A model generated the notes under the pieces. The model was given only the letters and a program-made list of their open reading frames with translations, did no database searches and had not been told where the DNA came from. From contig JAURDG010000001.1 of the NCBI GenBank assembly GCA_030828025.1, positions 1 through 42,070 of the forward strand: a stretch of DNA of 42,070 bases, given 5' to 3'. Source of the DNA: Flavobacteriaceae bacterium (GTDB lineage Bacteria; Bacteroidota; Bacteroidia; Flavobacteriales; Flavobacteriaceae). Position numbers and translations under genes: made by a program. This document shows, piece after piece, positions 10,040 to 19,037 of this stretch. Positions within the stretch are counted from its first letter, which is position 1. Each line of letters begins with the position of its first letter.

Positions 10040-11896
10040 CTAACGCTTTTTAGTTGTTAATGATTTAATATTAAATGCCGCTTCGGGTATCGACGTTCCA
10101 GTATTTGGAATATCTATATAGTCTGGCGTGTCAACAGGGGTGTCTGGATTTGGGTAATAGCGCTGTTTTCCTGTTCGAAACATAATTCGTGAAATCCCAT
10201 CAACAGGCTGAAAAAACAGCGCACGTTTGGGTTCACTATTGTTCACAGATACGGTAAAGAATCGTGTTGTTGTGTCTAAGTCTATATCTATATTATAGGT
10301 TTGTCCAGCTTCGTATTTCAAAAGGTTTCTGAATCGATAGCCTGCTTTAAGTTTCAAATTTCCGTCGTTGTCAAAAATGAATTGAATGGCTGGCATTCCT
10401 TGTCTGTTCTGCAACTCTATCTGCATTAAACCATGATCGTTTTGCTCGGGAATTACTGTCATACTTACCTGCATTTTTTCAGAAAAAGGAATGATACGCT
10501 CTGCTCGAACGTAATCAAAAGGATCTGCATCTCGTAGAGCAAGTAATTTCTCTGCGTTTTTTGTCTCTATTTCAACGGAACCCCATGACAAATTATAGGT
10601 GTTCCAAAAATTCAACTCTTCACCATCTGGAAGATCATCAAACACATCATTGACATCATCAAGCACCTGTGAGGTGATGGGAACAGGTACTGATGCTACC
10701 CAAATATCTTCTTTGTTCATGCTATAGGTCAACCACATCTTGTCATCTGGAGGTGTGCCGTTTCCTTCAACAATACCTCGCACATATTGAGGCCCATGGG
10801 ATTTATATGCACCTCCGTAACGCAATCTTGAGATTTCACCGTGAATGAGCCATAAATTGCTATAATCCAACCCGTCATCGCTCGTTGAAACCGCCAAAGG
10901 CCATCGAAATTCAGATGGGTTATAAACGGTAGCAAATTTGTTGTCAGCCGTTTTTTGCCCCCAAATTTTTGCATTCCCATTAACAAAACCAGGCGCCCGA
11001 ATTGGTTCATATTGCCAGGTCTTTCCATTATCTAAACTCATCGATGTTAGCGCATGTTTCCATAATCCCACAACACGACCATCTGGAATACGATAATAAC
11101 TAAAGGCTTTATATTCTTTTTTAAGGGGAATCAGCGGGTCATCCCGATCGGCTTCCTCTACCCATTGTTGCATCATTAGTGGCGTGGCCAACAATTCGTT
11201 ACATGCGTCCACAAATCCTTTGTCTTTGCTGTGTGTATAAAAAGGATATATTGATTTTGAACGATCCCATGATTTGTTGTAACGAATAAAATAAATAGGA
11301 CCCAAACTACCATCTTTATAAATTTCTCGAATGACCCGACCAATGCCTTTCCCATCATTCGGATCATCGTGGGGTTCCATGACGATGCCATAATAGGCCA
11401 AGGTAAAAAAACGATTATCCGAAGATGTGAAAAACCCCATTCGTTGGTGCATGACTGCTTTTAGGTTATGTGCCACAGCGTCAACACCTTCTTTCACATA
11501 TCCATCAGGAATGTCATAAACGGGAAATACTACTTTTGGGAAACTCCATTTTTTTCCGTCATCAGAGGTTATCAGTAAGGACTGACTTGGCGGAATATGC
11601 TCCCCAACAGGGTCGCTCAAATAATTGACAAAAAAGGTATTGTTCCAGTAGGCAATATTGGGGGCGTGGTTATAAGTCCAACCAAAGCCATCAGATTTTT
11701 GTGGATGTTCTCGACTGGCCCGCATAATTTGAGTTGCATGAACGCCAACCACGGGGCTCAATTGTCCATGATGATAGTCGATATTAGAACGTGTTTTGCC
11801 TACATATTTTAGGGTGTCTTGCTGCGCATTTAGACTTCCCAAAACGAGCAGCATTATCGATAGAACTACACACTTTCTTGCTTGGAACACCATCAT
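10040..11896 (-). CDS. BNR/Asp-box beta-propeller glycosidase (sialidase-like; GH33/GH143-type candidate) with a C-terminal beta-sandwich domain
   Basis: 618-aa ORF with signal peptide. Asp-box motifs SDDGKKW and SLDNGKTW (S-x-D-x-G-x-T-W), plus a degenerate STSDDGLDY. The C-terminal 200 aa or so look like a lectin-type sandwich. Confidence 0.65.
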   Translation of the reverse strand: MMVFQARKCVVLSIMLLVLGSLNAQQDTLKYVGKTRSNIDYHHGQLSPVVGVHATQIMRASREHPQKSDGFGWTYNHAPNIAYWNNTFFVNYLSDPVGEHIPPSQSLLITSDDGKKWSFPKVVFPVYDIPDGYVKEGVDAVAHNLKAVMHQRMGFFTSSDNRFFTLAYYGIVMEPHDDPNDGKGIGRVIREIYKDGSLGPIYFIRYNKSWDRSKSIYPFYTHSKDKGFVDACNELLATPLMMQQWVEEADRDDPLIPLKKEYKAFSYYRIPDGRVVGLWKHALTSMSLDNGKTWQYEPIRAPGFVNGNAKIWGQKTADNKFATVYNPSEFRWPLAVSTSDDGLDYSNLWLIHGEISRLRYGGAYKSHGPQYVRGIVEGNGTPPDDKMWLTYSMNKEDIWVASVPVPITSQVLDDVNDVFDDLPDGEELNFWNTYNLSWGSVEIETKNAEKLLALRDADPFDYVRAERIIPFSEKMQVSMTVIPEQNDHGLMQIELQNRQGMPAIQFIFDNDGNLKLKAGYRFRNLLKYEAGQTYNIDIDLDTTTRFFTVSVNNSEPKRALFFQPVDGISRIMFRTGKQRYYPNPDTPVDTPDYIDIPNTGTSIPEAAFNIKSLTTKKR

Positions 11897-12840
11897 TATT
11901 TTTCTTTACTTTTTTGAATTAAATCTTTGAGCACCGTTTCTGAAATTGTAGTTATGGTGCCGTGCTTATGTCGTTCGGGTAGTGAGATTTGAGCCGAAAT
12001 ATCTTCGAACGTATTAAAATCTGTGGTACTCAACGCTCTGTAATTCTGATCTCCATAATTGTCATAGTAGATCAACCAACGATTGTTAACAGCTACCACA
12101 GTTGGTCCTTCAGACTTAAAGCCTGTATAGGAGTCAGAAATGTTTGTAAAAGGTCCTAAAGGAGATGTTCCAAAAGCAACTTTGAGGTTGCGCATAGGTC
12201 TGGTGTTGTCCTTTAAAACCAACACATAATCCCCTATTGCGCGTTTGACAAGCACACAGTCAATCACACTAAAATTAGGGTCTAAGAATAAGTTGGTTTC
12301 TGAAAAGTTAACGAAATCTTTAGTAGTCACATAATACATTCGGTGATTGTTTTCCTCATCCTCAATTCCTTTTTCAAAACGAAATGGAATTGTTGACGCC
12401 CAAATTATGATGTATTGATCTTGGTCATCGTCGTAGAAAATTTCGGGTGCCCATACATTAACAACACTAGGTTCGTGCGCCATTACAGGAACAAACTTTT
12501 GCTCACTCCAGTTGATCAGATCTTTAGAGTGAGCGTATCCGAATCCATTTCCTCCTCTCCAGTCGGTAGTCCATACCATGTGATATACACCATCTGTTGC
12601 ACGCACAATTGAAGGGTCACGAAGAATCTTACTCGCCCCAACTTCTGGAGTTAAATAAGGTCCTTTTAAGTCTTTCCAATTATAGCCATCTTCGCTATAC
12701 GCCAAATACAACCCCTCAGTAGCTGGCTCTCTAAACGTAGTGAAAATGTAATATTCTTTTTCAGGTTCACAACTCAAAAAGGCTTGAAAGACGAGGGTCA
12801 AGAAAACTCCTCTAATGGCGATGTTCGATTTTCTTACCAT
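11896..12840 (-). CDS. GH43 five-bladed beta-propeller glycosidase (arabinofuranosidase-type); lipoprotein
   Basis: 314-aa ORF with lipobox AFLSC. GH43-type motifs: LRDPSIVRATDGVYHMVW (general-base Asp), WAPEIFYDDDQDQYIIIWAS, SEGPTVVAVNNRWLIYY (acid Glu). Confidence 0.8.
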   Translation of the reverse strand: MVRKSNIAIRGVFLTLVFQAFLSCEPEKEYYIFTTFREPATEGLYLAYSEDGYNWKDLKGPYLTPEVGASKILRDPSIVRATDGVYHMVWTTDWRGGNGFGYAHSKDLINWSEQKFVPVMAHEPSVVNVWAPEIFYDDDQDQYIIIWASTIPFRFEKGIEDEENNHRMYYVTTKDFVNFSETNLFLDPNFSVIDCVLVKRAIGDYVLVLKDNTRPMRNLKVAFGTSPLGPFTNISDSYTGFKSEGPTVVAVNNRWLIYYDNYGDQNYRALSTTDFNTFEDISAQISLPERHKHGTITTISETVLKDLIQKSKEK

Positions 12841-14408
12841 TCGATATCGGTTTTTAAATCATCCCCTTTTTTCACCACAGTTTTGACATGATCAAACACA
12901 TTGTTTTTAATAAAAACATCTTCTGTTTGTGACCCACTGACCTCTAAAAAAAGGTCTGTTGGAAGTCTTTGAAAAGTGTTGTGAATCAGAAGATTGGATA
13001 CATTATTAAGCCTTACAACGGGGGTGTTTTGACGTGGATTTAAAGCGGTAATATTATCTAAAACAATTTGTTTAGAATTTGAAATTTTGAAGGCAGCACC
13101 CAATGTATTGTTTACCCTAACATCATGAAGTTCAATGTCAAAAGCGGTATCAATATTAAACCCTTCTTTAGCTTCAATGTTCATGTTCGAGAAAGTTAAA
13201 TTGCTGATAGGCATTTCTGGAATTCCAATCAAACGACAGGCCGTATTAACCTGAGTTGCCGTAACATTGCTGATGTGTATATTCCTAAAAATAGGGGTTC
13301 GTTCACTCACAGGTTCTTCGACAGTGTTTTTGTCGTAAAAAAGATTGAACATAAACGCTTCTCTCTTGATGTTTTTCATCACTATGTTAGAAACCTGAAT
13401 GTCTTCGACCACGCCACCCCGTCCGCGTGCTGCTTTTAATCGAATTCCTCGATCAGTACCATCAAAAACACAATTTGAAATGGTAATTTTTTTAATGCCC
13501 CCAGACATTTCACTGCCAATCACCACGCCACCATGACCATTGAGCATGGTGCAATTGGTAATGGTAACATTTTCTGTTGGGGTGGCCCATTTACGGCCAT
13601 CGGCATCCCGCCCCGATTTGATAGTAATGCAATCATCGCCTACGCTGATATGGCAATTTGAGATGTGTACATTTTTACATGAAGTGGGGTTGATGCCATC
13701 AGTGTTGGGTGAATACGGATTAAAAATCGTAACCCCATCAATGGTTACGTTATCACAAAATGCAGGGTTGATTGTCCAAAAGGGAGAATTTTGAATTGTG
13801 ACCCCTTCAATGCGTACATTTTTACAATTGAAGGCTTGAAACAATGGTGGACGATGAAAAAGGTAACTTCTAGTCCTAGCATAATAGGGCGAAGTTTCTA
13901 GATGCGCATTGGCTTCCGCTGTCATTTTTTGATATTTTGTATGCGGCAGCTTTTCTTTTGCAGACTCTATTCGCCAAATTTCTTTCCACCAAGCTTCTCC
14001 TTGTCCATCTATAGTGCCTCTACCTTTAATGGTAATGTTTTCTACATCTTTGGCATAGAGTAATGGCGAAAAACTTTTCATCACCGTTCCCTCCCAACGT
14101 AATTCTACAAAGGGCAAATAATGATCGAAATTCGTTGAAAAACGCAGGGTAGCCCCAGCCTCCAAATGGAGTGTAATGTTATTTTTTAGTCTTAATGCAC
14201 CCGTTAAATAATCCCCTGCAGGAAAATAAATTGTACCACCTCCAAGCAGTTCAGCTTTATCAATGGTTTTTTGAAGGGCTTCTGTGCACAACTCCCCTAT
14301 ATTGTTACCACCTTCTTCAAGGACATTAAGCCAATTTGGGTTTGCAAAACAAACCGAAAAGGATGCAGACATTAGGTTAAACCACACTAATAAATATACT
14401 TTTTTCAT
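12834..14408 (-). CDS. GH28 galacturonidase/polygalacturonase-family hydrolase
   Basis: 524-aa ORF with all four GH28 signature blocks: NTDGINP, VGDDCITIKSG, GHGGVVIGSE, RGIRLKA. Signal peptide present. Confidence 0.9.
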   Translation of the reverse strand: MKKVYLLVWFNLMSASFSVCFANPNWLNVLEEGGNNIGELCTEALQKTIDKAELLGGGTIYFPAGDYLTGALRLKNNITLHLEAGATLRFSTNFDHYLPFVELRWEGTVMKSFSPLLYAKDVENITIKGRGTIDGQGEAWWKEIWRIESAKEKLPHTKYQKMTAEANAHLETSPYYARTRSYLFHRPPLFQAFNCKNVRIEGVTIQNSPFWTINPAFCDNVTIDGVTIFNPYSPNTDGINPTSCKNVHISNCHISVGDDCITIKSGRDADGRKWATPTENVTITNCTMLNGHGGVVIGSEMSGGIKKITISNCVFDGTDRGIRLKAARGRGGVVEDIQVSNIVMKNIKREAFMFNLFYDKNTVEEPVSERTPIFRNIHISNVTATQVNTACRLIGIPEMPISNLTFSNMNIEAKEGFNIDTAFDIELHDVRVNNTLGAAFKISNSKQIVLDNITALNPRQNTPVVRLNNVSNLLIHNTFQRLPTDLFLEVSGSQTEDVFIKNNVFDHVKTVVKKGDDLKTDIEW

Positions 14409-14418
14409 CTAGTGAAAT

Positions 14419-15831
14419 CTATAGTTTTGTTTGTAAAACGAGTACCCAGTCATTTCCATCTTTTGGATCACCAGGCGGATCGAAATTCAGGGTGCCGTTG
14501 TTGTGAAAGGTTCCGATAGAAGTGCTTTCTCCATTCCTTGGGTTAAACCAAGAAGCCTTCACTTCAGCACCTTCAATTTTTCCCATTTGAATGATCATTT
14601 TCCGTCCGGTATAGGTATATATTAAGGCATAATCATTGCCCCTAGTGGCTGCCATATATTGATACTTCTCTCCTTGATTAACCACCAAGGTTTGGTCAGG
14701 AATCCGGTTAAAATAATCGAACGATAAGATTAAATCTTTTACATGATGTACTTGTTTACCACCTGGGTCGTTGATGGCATCTGTCCAAGCTTTTTTGTTT
14801 CCATAAGCGGGCTTATCGCCAGGACTAAACATTTGCATCACCGCATTGTGCCCATAGGTGAAACCAGCACCTCCTGCAAAAACAGACCAATAGGCATAGC
14901 GGCGTACATCATCACTATTCCAAAGCGGTTGTAAGGTGTCGTGCAAACCTTGTGGAATTCCTTCATAAGAAGGTTCACCGTCTAAGGTGGGTTTTGTAGG
15001 CTTCAAATTAAAATCTACATTAACAAATTTATAGTTGTCTTGTGCGTACATTCTACCCGTTGTTTCTTGATCATAACGCCTATGACCCGATTGAAACATA
15101 TTGAAATCTAACCATTGTTCGTGGTGATAATGATCGGAAGAGTCCGTACGACCAAAAGGATGAAAGGTAATAAGCCATTCGGGATTTTTGGCGTGTAAAA
15201 TATTCCCTATAGCATTCCAAATCGCTTTGTTTTCTTCGCCAGGTGTATCCCCTCCATTTAGCCAAATAATATTTTCCCTACTTTTAAAACGATCACCTAA
15301 AAATGTAGCATAGGCTTTTGCCTGTTCCAAATTAACCTTACCCGCTTTTACCGAAGTTCCCCAAATTGGCACTAATGCCAGAAACAAGTTTTTATCTTCA
15401 GCAAGATCCAATGCATAATCTACGTGATCCCAGAAGTCATATTCATCTGGGTTTTCAAAACGAGATCCTTCAGTAACCAATGGCTTAGAAACATCATTGT
15501 TTACCACCGCCGAGTCACCATAAATATTGACCATTTCTTCGGAGTGCATGGTCATGATTTGAATAACATTAAACCCCTTATTCTTTCTATCCTCAAAATA
15601 GGTGTTGAGGGCTTCTCGATCCAGCTTTTTAAAGGCTAGCCATCCTGTATCTGCTAGCCAGAAAAAAGGGCTTCCGTTGGCTGCCTGAAAATAGTGCCCA
15701 TTTTTCGAAACTTTGACTTCTTGAAAGGCTGTTGCTTTGACATTTTTATTTTTTGGGGTACATGAAAATACCAGCAATAAAATCGTTACAAACGGAGCCA
15801 ATAAACTATAAAGAAGGTACTTAATTTTCAT
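14419..15831 (-). CDS. GH140-like (DUF4038 TIM barrel + collagen-binding-like beta-sandwich) glycosidase, apiosidase-type candidate; lipoprotein
   Basis: 470-aa ORF with lipobox LVFSC. N-terminal KNGHYFQAANGSPFFWLADTGWLAF...KGFNVIQIM matches the DUF4038/GH140 signature as I recall it. C-terminal ...VKASWFNPRNGES... sandwich. Confidence 0.75.
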   Translation of the reverse strand: MKIKYLLYSLLAPFVTILLLVFSCTPKNKNVKATAFQEVKVSKNGHYFQAANGSPFFWLADTGWLAFKKLDREALNTYFEDRKNKGFNVIQIMTMHSEEMVNIYGDSAVVNNDVSKPLVTEGSRFENPDEYDFWDHVDYALDLAEDKNLFLALVPIWGTSVKAGKVNLEQAKAYATFLGDRFKSRENIIWLNGGDTPGEENKAIWNAIGNILHAKNPEWLITFHPFGRTDSSDHYHHEQWLDFNMFQSGHRRYDQETTGRMYAQDNYKFVNVDFNLKPTKPTLDGEPSYEGIPQGLHDTLQPLWNSDDVRRYAYWSVFAGGAGFTYGHNAVMQMFSPGDKPAYGNKKAWTDAINDPGGKQVHHVKDLILSFDYFNRIPDQTLVVNQGEKYQYMAATRGNDYALIYTYTGRKMIIQMGKIEGAEVKASWFNPRNGESTSIGTFHNNGTLNFDPPGDPKDGNDWVLVLQTKL

Positions 15832-18800
15832 GTTTTACTTTTTTAATAAATACTGCTAATTTGTTTTTGTAGGCATCAGGGGCAGTTAACACATGTGGCT
15901 GATTACCTTTAATGTTATTTGAATAAAGTACAGCTCCAGTTTTGGTATCAATCCAAAATAACGTAAACGTGCCAGGATTTGCTGACAAGTTCAGTTCAAA
16001 GGTCTTGGTATTGTTAAGGTAGATGAGATAACTCTCTCCACTATTTTCCAACTTCCAAAACGGACTTTTATAATCTAGATTAGTGTTTACTTTCATCTTA
16101 GCGAGTGCTTCGAAAAATCCAGAAATGTTTATTTTAGGAATGCTTGCTAGAGATCCTCCAGCCATTAGCACGGCCCAACCATATCTTGATGCATTTTTTG
16201 TAGAATATAAAACTGCTTTATTCGGGTATTTTTGACGATATTCTCGAACTGCCCTATAAACTTGAGGCTCACTCTCATTGCCTGGTTTCATTTTACGTGC
16301 GTGTTGCCTAGGTGCTAAATTTTTACCGCCTTGGGGAGCATAAACACTGCCATCTGACCTAAAATGCCAATAGCGAATATCGATTATATCAACTGTGTTT
16401 TCTCGATTTGCATCAGCTAATATGGCATCCTGCACGTCTTTGGTTGCACTTAGTCCAATGATGCTATTTCCTGTGTATTCTTTTTTGTATTTCTTAACCT
16501 CATCTAACCAAAATTCCATAAAATGTAGTGGTCCCGTATATTCTGCACTTGTTAGATGAATGACGTTGCTTTGATTATGAAAGTTTTCTAAGGATTTTCG
16601 TATAAAGCCTTGATGAATACTTTTTCTGTTTTGGTGCGAAATGTCATAAAACTGTTCAGCCATGAAAATCCGCTTATCACCAGCATACGGCGGTGGTTCT
16701 GGAAAACCTGTGTCATTCACATTATTGGCAGCTCGCCATGGCGAACTAGACCAATGTGCACCCGCCTCAAGGATATTGTGCTGAAAATAATGTTGTTGAA
16801 TGAGTACAATACCATATTCCCCTGCTATTATAGCAAATTGCCTTAACCGATTCCAATACCAAGCATTGAATTTTGTAAGGTCATATTTACTCAAGTGGTC
16901 CCATGCAAGTCCTTGTCCTGATCTTGCAAAGGGTTGCTCATAAAATGGTGGCCAAACATCAGCGTCTATTCTTCGAGTTCGTTGATGGTCATCCATCCTA
17001 CGTTCATACCACAAACCATAATTGTGTTCTAAAGCAGCACCGTTACTGATCGCTAAGTTATGTACAAGCTCTTTTAAGTCATCTGTAAATCCTTTACCTG
17101 TTTTTCCCGGGACAAAACGCGTTATGTGTGGTTTGGCATTGTTTACATCATAATTTCGTAAACTGCCTCGCCACCAACTCACTCGATTTTGTCGTCCAGT
17201 AACAACGTTCCCATCATGAGTTAACCAACCATTTATAATGGTGATTTTGGCATGATTTCGGCTTTTATCATCATTCTTCCAATCCAAATCATCTACTGAT
17301 TTCAGATTAGCAGTATCTACAGGGATTGCATTTTGTTTTGAAACTTCATCGATCCACCCTAACAAATTTTGATGCGGATTTAAGGCTTCTTTAGTGAGTT
17401 TGGCTGCAAGTTCAATTGTGGGACTTGTAGAAGGTTCGGTTCCTATTTTTAACAAGTATGGGTTCACAGGAAGCTGTCCCAATCTTTTTTCGAGTAGTGC
17501 GTAAAATAAACTTCTTGGGAATATATGTGTATTCACATCTTTCCAATGCCCATCTCCAGATAATATTCCACCCCAAACACCAAAAGCCCAATTGTTTGAA
17601 GTTGGTGGGCTATAATTGTCGATCCTGGAGGCAGATGATTCCCACAGTACACTGTTGGCTGCTGTCCAGCCAGCGCCCCTTCCAGCTTGTTCACGGTTGT
17701 TAAAACGTAATGCATTTCCGTCAATATTGACAACATCAAACAAAACACCAGTGGCCCAAGATCCAATGGTTCCACTATTGTTAAATGGCAAATAGGATTC
17801 GCATTGAACAAAAGCATTGGGTCCTGTGGTTCCTAAGCCTCCAACAGCAAAATCATGATAGCCATATTCAGAATAGCAACGTTGAAATAAGGTTTGCTGT
17901 CCCTCTGTATAAAAAGTGTGTCTTCTAAAGGCAGCAATTTCAGAAATCGGTGCGGTTGCAACACAATCTTCTACCGTAACTTGTTGAGAAGAGTTTAAGA
18001 GATTTACCGCTCCTCCAGCCAAATGCTTAAATTGTACTTGGCGCACCCATGCATTCTTAACATTTTCCATTGAGATACCAAACCAACGGTGCTGTTCGTC
18101 CTTAAGGTTTGTTTTATCATAGGTAGATTGAATGGCTAAATTTTCAATGCCAACATGTTCTATTCTTCCTTGCCAGGTGTGTAAAATAGCTCTTGGATTT
18201 CCAAAATTTTTATCAAGTGGCATCGTCAGAGGTGCGTTCAAATACACGTCAGCACCACGAATAGCAGTAATGGTTCGACTCCAAGACATCTGCCAATCTC
18301 TTGGTTTCCAACCAATCCAACCCGTTTCGCCTCCAAAAAAATTCATCTTCACTGCCTCAATCCATTTGTTAGTCAGCGGCTGTTCAATGATGATTTCATC
18401 ATTAACATTCAAACTAGACGCATCAACCAATTGAATTTTTTGAGTGCCAAGGGGCGTATAATTAGGTTGAATAGTTAATGTGTCTATATATTTTCTATCG
18501 TCAAACCCAGCAATTTTAATTATGGCTTCACGATTAATTCCAGTACCTAATAGAAGGCTTTCATTTTCGTTTTTTCCACTTCCTCTTAGTACCACGCCAG
18601 CGTGATTGATATAAAGGGTTCCGCTTATTTCGTAAATACCTTTATCCAAAACAACTGCGCCTCTAAAACCAGAAGAATTGGGTTTCAACTGACTGACATA
18701 ATCAATGGCCGCTTGAATTATTTTTGTGGCATCGCCTTGCTGTTGCGGTACAAAAATTTTAGGCTCCACCAAAGGAATAGGACTTTCAGACGCCATATAA

Positions 18801-18994
18801 CCTGCATATGAAAAATCGGGGATTTTATTGCCTAAGCTATCCGAAATAAAAACTAAATCACCCCGTTTGTTTTTAATGTCGGGGAATGAAGATTGTGCAC
18901 ATGCAACATTAGAGACAAAAAGCAAAAATACAACAACCAGCAGATGGCAGGTCTTTTTATGTAATCGATTGTATTTGTGAATTAAAACGCTCAT
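15821..18994 (-). CDS. large secreted two-module protein: N-terminal right-handed beta-helix (pectate-lyase-superfamily / GH28-related) + C-terminal TIM-barrel-like module and beta-sandwich; CAZy family unassigned
   Basis: 1057-aa ORF with signal peptide. N-terminal DFSYAGY...GDATKIIQAAIDYVS...GAVVLDKGIYEISGTLYINHAGVVLRGSG is typical of Pectate_lyase_3-type beta-helices. The C-terminal half (ITIINGWLTHDGNVVTGRQNRVSWWRG ... TFTLFWIDTKTGAV) parallels the layout of the neighbouring GH140-like gene. Confidence 0.5.
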   Translation of the reverse strand: MSVLIHKYNRLHKKTCHLLVVVFLLFVSNVACAQSSFPDIKNKRGDLVFISDSLGNKIPDFSYAGYMASESPIPLVEPKIFVPQQQGDATKIIQAAIDYVSQLKPNSSGFRGAVVLDKGIYEISGTLYINHAGVVLRGSGKNENESLLLGTGINREAIIKIAGFDDRKYIDTLTIQPNYTPLGTQKIQLVDASSLNVNDEIIIEQPLTNKWIEAVKMNFFGGETGWIGWKPRDWQMSWSRTITAIRGADVYLNAPLTMPLDKNFGNPRAILHTWQGRIEHVGIENLAIQSTYDKTNLKDEQHRWFGISMENVKNAWVRQVQFKHLAGGAVNLLNSSQQVTVEDCVATAPISEIAAFRRHTFYTEGQQTLFQRCYSEYGYHDFAVGGLGTTGPNAFVQCESYLPFNNSGTIGSWATGVLFDVVNIDGNALRFNNREQAGRGAGWTAANSVLWESSASRIDNYSPPTSNNWAFGVWGGILSGDGHWKDVNTHIFPRSLFYALLEKRLGQLPVNPYLLKIGTEPSTSPTIELAAKLTKEALNPHQNLLGWIDEVSKQNAIPVDTANLKSVDDLDWKNDDKSRNHAKITIINGWLTHDGNVVTGRQNRVSWWRGSLRNYDVNNAKPHITRFVPGKTGKGFTDDLKELVHNLAISNGAALEHNYGLWYERRMDDHQRTRRIDADVWPPFYEQPFARSGQGLAWDHLSKYDLTKFNAWYWNRLRQFAIIAGEYGIVLIQQHYFQHNILEAGAHWSSSPWRAANNVNDTGFPEPPPYAGDKRIFMAEQFYDISHQNRKSIHQGFIRKSLENFHNQSNVIHLTSAEYTGPLHFMEFWLDEVKKYKKEYTGNSIIGLSATKDVQDAILADANRENTVDIIDIRYWHFRSDGSVYAPQGGKNLAPRQHARKMKPGNESEPQVYRAVREYRQKYPNKAVLYSTKNASRYGWAVLMAGGSLASIPKINISGFFEALAKMKVNTNLDYKSPFWKLENSGESYLIYLNNTKTFELNLSANPGTFTLFWIDTKTGAVLYSNNIKGNQPHVLTAPDAYKNKLAVFIKKVKHEN

Positions 18995-19037
18995 TTCTAT
19001 TGCATTTGCTTAATGGCAAATTTTTAACATGTGAAAT

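Noticed and set aside
10040-11896. Interpreting the Asp-box protein together with the aldolase and symporter as a host-sialic-acid (nan) cluster
   Set aside because: There are no nanE, nanK or N-acetylglucosamine genes, and every neighbouring gene targets pectin sugars (rhamnose, fucose, GalA, apiose, arabinose). Kdo/Dha from RG-II is the more economical explanation, although it is still unproven.
19004-19025. Inverted repeat ATTTGC-TTAATG-GCAAAT followed by TTTT, between the PL1 stop and the start of the 1057-aa gene
   Set aside because: The T-run follows the hairpin only on the plus strand, where nothing is transcribed toward it. On the coding (minus) strand it is preceded by A's, so it is not a terminator for the operon. 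The 6-bp AT-rich stem is marginal. A nearby TAAAAATTTG is only a near-match to the -7 promoter box.
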